From Amphiscolops sp. MND2022 (taxonomy: Eukaryota), in the NCBI GenBank assembly GCA_964187785.1, contig OZ076409.1, forward strand, positions 17,982,001 through 18,046,000: a stretch of 64,000 bases of DNA, in the 5' to 3' direction. The position numbers were made by a program, and so were the translations under genes. This document shows, one piece after another, positions 59,992 through 64,000 of the stretch (position 1 is its first letter; the number at the start of each line of letters is the position of its first letter). Below the pieces are notes generated by a model, which was given only the letters and a program-made list of their open reading frames with translations, was not told the origin of the DNA and ran no database searches.

Positions 59992-61689
59992 GGATCAGTC
60001 TTTTTGGTGTTGGATTGGTTTGAATTGACAGCCACTGAGTCGCTGGTTGTTTTAGTTTTTCCTTCAGAAGTTGAGGCATTTGCATCTTTTTGTTCTGTCT
60101 GAGGCCTCTTGGGACGCAAGTGAGCGCCAGCGCCCTGCCAACATTTTTCACTTGAATGATTCTTTTTTCCGCATGTGTCACATGGTGGGTAAGTTGGACG
60201 CTGCGGTTTCTTGCCATCTTTTTCTCCATTTCTTTTTTCTTTTTAAGTTTCGGACAGTTTTTGTAGTAGTGTCCCGTCACTTTACAATAGGAGCATTGGG
60301 CGTCCTTGTTGGTGTTGATGCCGTTAGACAGCAAATTGCTTTGATTCGTGGACGCCGAGGCCATGGTGGCCATTGGCAAGTCATCTGACTCTTCTAATGC
60401 ATTGAGTTCTAATTCTCTAATTCTCTTTCGAGATGAGCGACAACTTTTTCGTACGTTCCATTCTCCAGTCTGGCCATGTTGACGGATCGTTTTAGCTTTG
60501 GTTGACGTATAGCAGACTGTCAATCATGCTTTTTGCATTTTCACCAAAGGCTTTTTCAGCTCCTTGGTTCAATTTCTCCAAGAAATCCGGTAGTTTCATG
60601 GTACTTGGATCGAAAGTCAATCGATGCCATTTATGCTTTGCCGTCGCTTGGGATTCCGGATTAACGTACTTTCTCCGGAATATGACCAGTACGTCCTCTA
60701 GATTCTGACGATTGATGGAATTTATGTTCCTGAACGTCTGTAATGCCCCTTTTCGTAGTAGTGAGTCGAAATGATTGATTTTCATTTGTTCTTCCATTGT
60801 GGGCTGCATTTTGATCATCGTGTGGAACAAGTCCTCGAAAAGCTCAAATTTTTCACTTTTTCCAGCAAATGTCATCAGGGTTGTTTGTACCGGCCTGATG
60901 GTCATAGATTGTGGTTTGTTTTGTAAATTGACCAACACATCGGCTAATCTTTTGAACGGGTCCTGAGAAGGTTCAGGAGCCGCTGGGTCTGGAGCTGGCA
61001 GAGTCGTGTCCAGAGAGACATTGTGGTTGGATTGTTGTCTCTCCAAGTTTGGGATTGAGTGGATTCGTCCAGTCAGAATTTCAGGAATTTGCGGTTGGGT
61101 GTCGGTAGCTCCTGTCACCATGTAAGAACCAAGTCCCGTGGTATCTCTTAAATCACCTACGGATCGTGAATCTTTCTTTGTAATTTTCGTTTTAGGCCCA
61201 GATGTACTTTCCCTGTTTTCCTGACTATTAGGAGACAAACTGGCCTCATTGTCCCTGTGTCCCGTAGAGGACATTGAATTAGCAATGTTCTGAATCTCTG
61301 GTATGACTCTTTCCTTTCAGCTATCGCGGTTGTAATGGCCCTATCTATTTGAGTGTGCATTTTCGACATCATTGAGTCCATCTCTTACGACAATCTAAGG
61401 TTAAATTCATTTGAGAAAGCTTCAAAGGACTGTCTAACTTCATTTTGTCTCAACAAATCATTTTCATGTGGGTAATCCCTGAGCCCACTCTCATGGTACA
61501 TGTTTGTACCAGTGTGCCCGTGGGGCGAGGATTGATCTATAGCGTCAGCTAATTCTCTTTCTATGGGGGTTATTATTGCTATTCCCCAACATTACGTCTA
61601 GGTTTTCAAAGTCAGACTAGAAAGTCAGACAAATTGTCCATTTCTCTAGATTTTCTGGCTTTTGCCTTTTGTCTTCTAGTGGAAGGCAT
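59982..61689 (-). pseudogene. gag: gag of element D, begins inside the 5' LTR, frameshifted
   Basis: FAGKSEKFELFEDLF, CSYCKVTGHYYKNC; the N-terminus is intact in the 3' LTR copy. Confidence 0.88.
61108..61120 (-). other. Primer binding site of element D
   Basis: TGGTGACAGGAGC directly after the LTR-terminal CA. Confidence 0.8.
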
Positions 61690-62650
61690 AAGAGATTGTT
61701 GCAAGAGGTAAGACTTTAAATTAACTTCTCAGGCTTGCACATTAGAGTAGTATTACTAGAAAGTAAGTAACATTGATGTGTAGTTTAACAATTGTGTCCC
61801 CGGGACTAAATGTCCCGGCTAAATATATTAGAAACTACATGACATTCAAAATATGGGTTGTCACATTCTAAAAATAGCCTTAAGAGCTTTCTAAAAATAG
61901 CAACAGTTCTAAAAATAGCAACGGTTAACTAGTGACATCATCATGATGCAAGTGACTTCAAAAAAGTTTTCCCGACAGGCAACGTGTTGGCGGGAAGACC
62001 GTGTGTCTACTAGACATATTAACAGCGTAGATATACTAAAGCAAAATTACATGTGTTCCAGCATTTTACATGAGATTTATCAATAGCACCCCACATTTCA
62101 TTAATATGTTGTCTTTTGACACTAAGTGTCCATTTTATGAGAAATTAAAGGCCTTTCCAAGTTGTAAATAAGTGTACTTGTAATTTAGCACCTTTAATTT
62201 AAAAGTGGACTTAGCATCCAATCGACAGGGCAGTCCTCATTTTATTTATTGGCAAGCGGCATATGGCCGCCTAGTCCAAAGATCAAAGCGCTGCATAAAG
62301 TATTGCATAGTAGGACTGGTTATTCAAATACTGCACTCTGATTGGTTGAAGCTCATTCGGACTTGCTGTCCAAGGCGACAGGCGAGGAAACATTTGAGCA
62401 CGTTTCCTCTACCTGTACGCCTTGGTGTCCAATTTACTAGCAACGTACAATTAGCGCCGGTATTACATAACACCAAATCATAACTTTAAATGATATTTTA
62501 CATTCAAAATAAGCAAATTACATGACTTCTAAGATATAATTGCAGTTTAAGTGTAAAAGTTTCAATTTAAAGGGATTGTGCTGGGTAGGCCTTTTTGATA
62601 GTTATGGCAAATGGAATACATATTGCCATCACAGGCGGACGCCTGGGACA
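61121..62650 (-). repeat. 5' LTR of element D (1530 bp)
   Basis: Direct repeat of 47183-48691 with small insertions. Confidence 0.95.
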
Positions 62651-64000
62651 TCACCCGATGAAACGATGATCAGGGGGTAAAATTCTTAATCATCATAAAA
62701 TTTTTGTATTTCCCTGACACAAATGAAATTTCGAGCAAAAAAATCAATGCCGGAAAATTGAACAATAGAAGACGAAGGTATTTTAATGAAAGGTTGCTTG
62801 AAGCAGACCCGGAAATCATAAGCAAATTGTAATCAGGGACTGGCATTTACAACTGATAAATGTGATATAGTTTTTTTGCAAAAAAAAACTACAGACAAAA
62901 AATTCATCAAGAAGTGAAATGATGTAGGTGGCTGATGATATTGATGATTCGCGAGTCAGAAAGAAAGAGGAAATAGATGTGAAGCACAACAAGAGTAGTT
63001 CTTACATCAAAAACGTACCGTGTATGAAAATATTGCGTGTTATGACAAAGCCAACAACGCGATTTGCTACAGCCAGCAGCAACAACGGTAAAATCAAAAA
63101 TCTCAAAATCAGATCAATGGCTGGTGTTTATGTTATTAGCTGAAAATCAAACTGTAAACAATGTACGGGCGCAAAATCTAATGATAAACAATGTAAATTT
63201 TAGTGCTTGATATATAGGGTTGAAAAAATCATAGCGCTTGTTTTTTTCCATGAGATTATTAACCAGAGATTCTTACCAAGGCTTGAGGGTTTGCTCTACT
63301 TCATGAAGAGTTTCAAAAGTGAGATTTTGTTTTTGTCATTTTGTACATCGACACCCACAAAAAATACGGATAAAAGCAGTTCAAAAAACCTGTTATATTT
63401 TTATGACTTTGAGCTACGTATCTTTGAGTTCGCAAGGACTACGACTTGCTGATTTTTATTTCTAGTAAATTCTAGGAAACAGAAACGCTTTCTACAGGAA
63501 TCAGTGACCATTACTCTGTTTTAGCTGTGATTCCTGGAATCAAGAAGGAAAATGATTATAAAGCCTGCCAAACTTTTAATTCTGCTAAATTACCGCCCTA
63601 AAATACCGGAAAAGTTTTGTGAGGATGAAATGATCAAACCGATTAACGCAAAACGTTCGTCAACTTTGAGCCATTTCGTTCGTGAGAAACCTGTTACTGA
63701 GTTAAGGCGCTGAGAATAAAGGAGCATCTGATTCAACAGTGGATAAAAGAGCCAAGTGCGCTCAGCCATGACAGATTTATAACAACATGAATACAATAAA
63801 ATCACACAGCTGATCAGGGATACAAAAGATCATCATTTTTGCTGAAAACGAAAGTTTCAATCTTTTTTATTTAGCGATCTTCATTGTCGCTAAAATAATA
63901 AAAACGATTTACAATATAAAAGAATCAGTGATTTCGGCAATTGTTTTTTTTTTGGAATCCGACAACCTGAAAGGATTTTTTTGCTTCAACTAGGAAAACT

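Larger units (their letters stand above)
47183..62650 (-). mobile_element. Element D: complete, decayed Ty3/gypsy LTR retrotransposon, 15.5 kb, same architecture as B
   Basis: TG...CA LTRs; 5-bp TSD TCACC (47178-47182 and 62651-62655); gag and pol homologous to B. Confidence 0.96.

Noticed and set aside
63590..63840. Possible signal-peptide first exon of the FN3-like gene
   Set aside because: The hydrophobic frame has an upstream in-frame stop and no suitable ATG, and the link to the FN3 exons is unsupported

Overview
Eukaryotic (probably invertebrate animal) genomic DNA, about 85% occupied by four large Ty3/gypsy-type LTR retroelements from two lineages. Four exons of a minus-strand host gene with fibronectin type III-like repeats lie at 43356-45921. 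Lineage 1 comprises element A (3' part only, 1-6704, +) and element C (complete, 25284-42999, -, 17.7 kb, 4-bp TSD CATC). Both are decayed endogenous-retrovirus-like elements with a class III (herpes gB/chuvirus G-like) env, several conserved accessory ORFs downstream of env and no polypurine tract. Both also have a 3' block complementary, in collinear order, to U5 and the PBS. Lineage 2 comprises element B (7168-22854, -, near intact, 2.06-kb LTRs, TSD GTTAC) and element D (47183-62650, -, decayed, 1.5-kb LTRs, TSD TCACC). Their LTRs are dissimilar but their architecture is the same: gag starts deep inside the LTR and reads through the PBS, pol is reached by a -1 frameshift, an intron-containing antisense gene encodes a BED-finger/hAT-like protein, and a divergent sense ORF runs into the 3' LTR. 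All calls were made by eye with no database searches, so family assignments are inferences.
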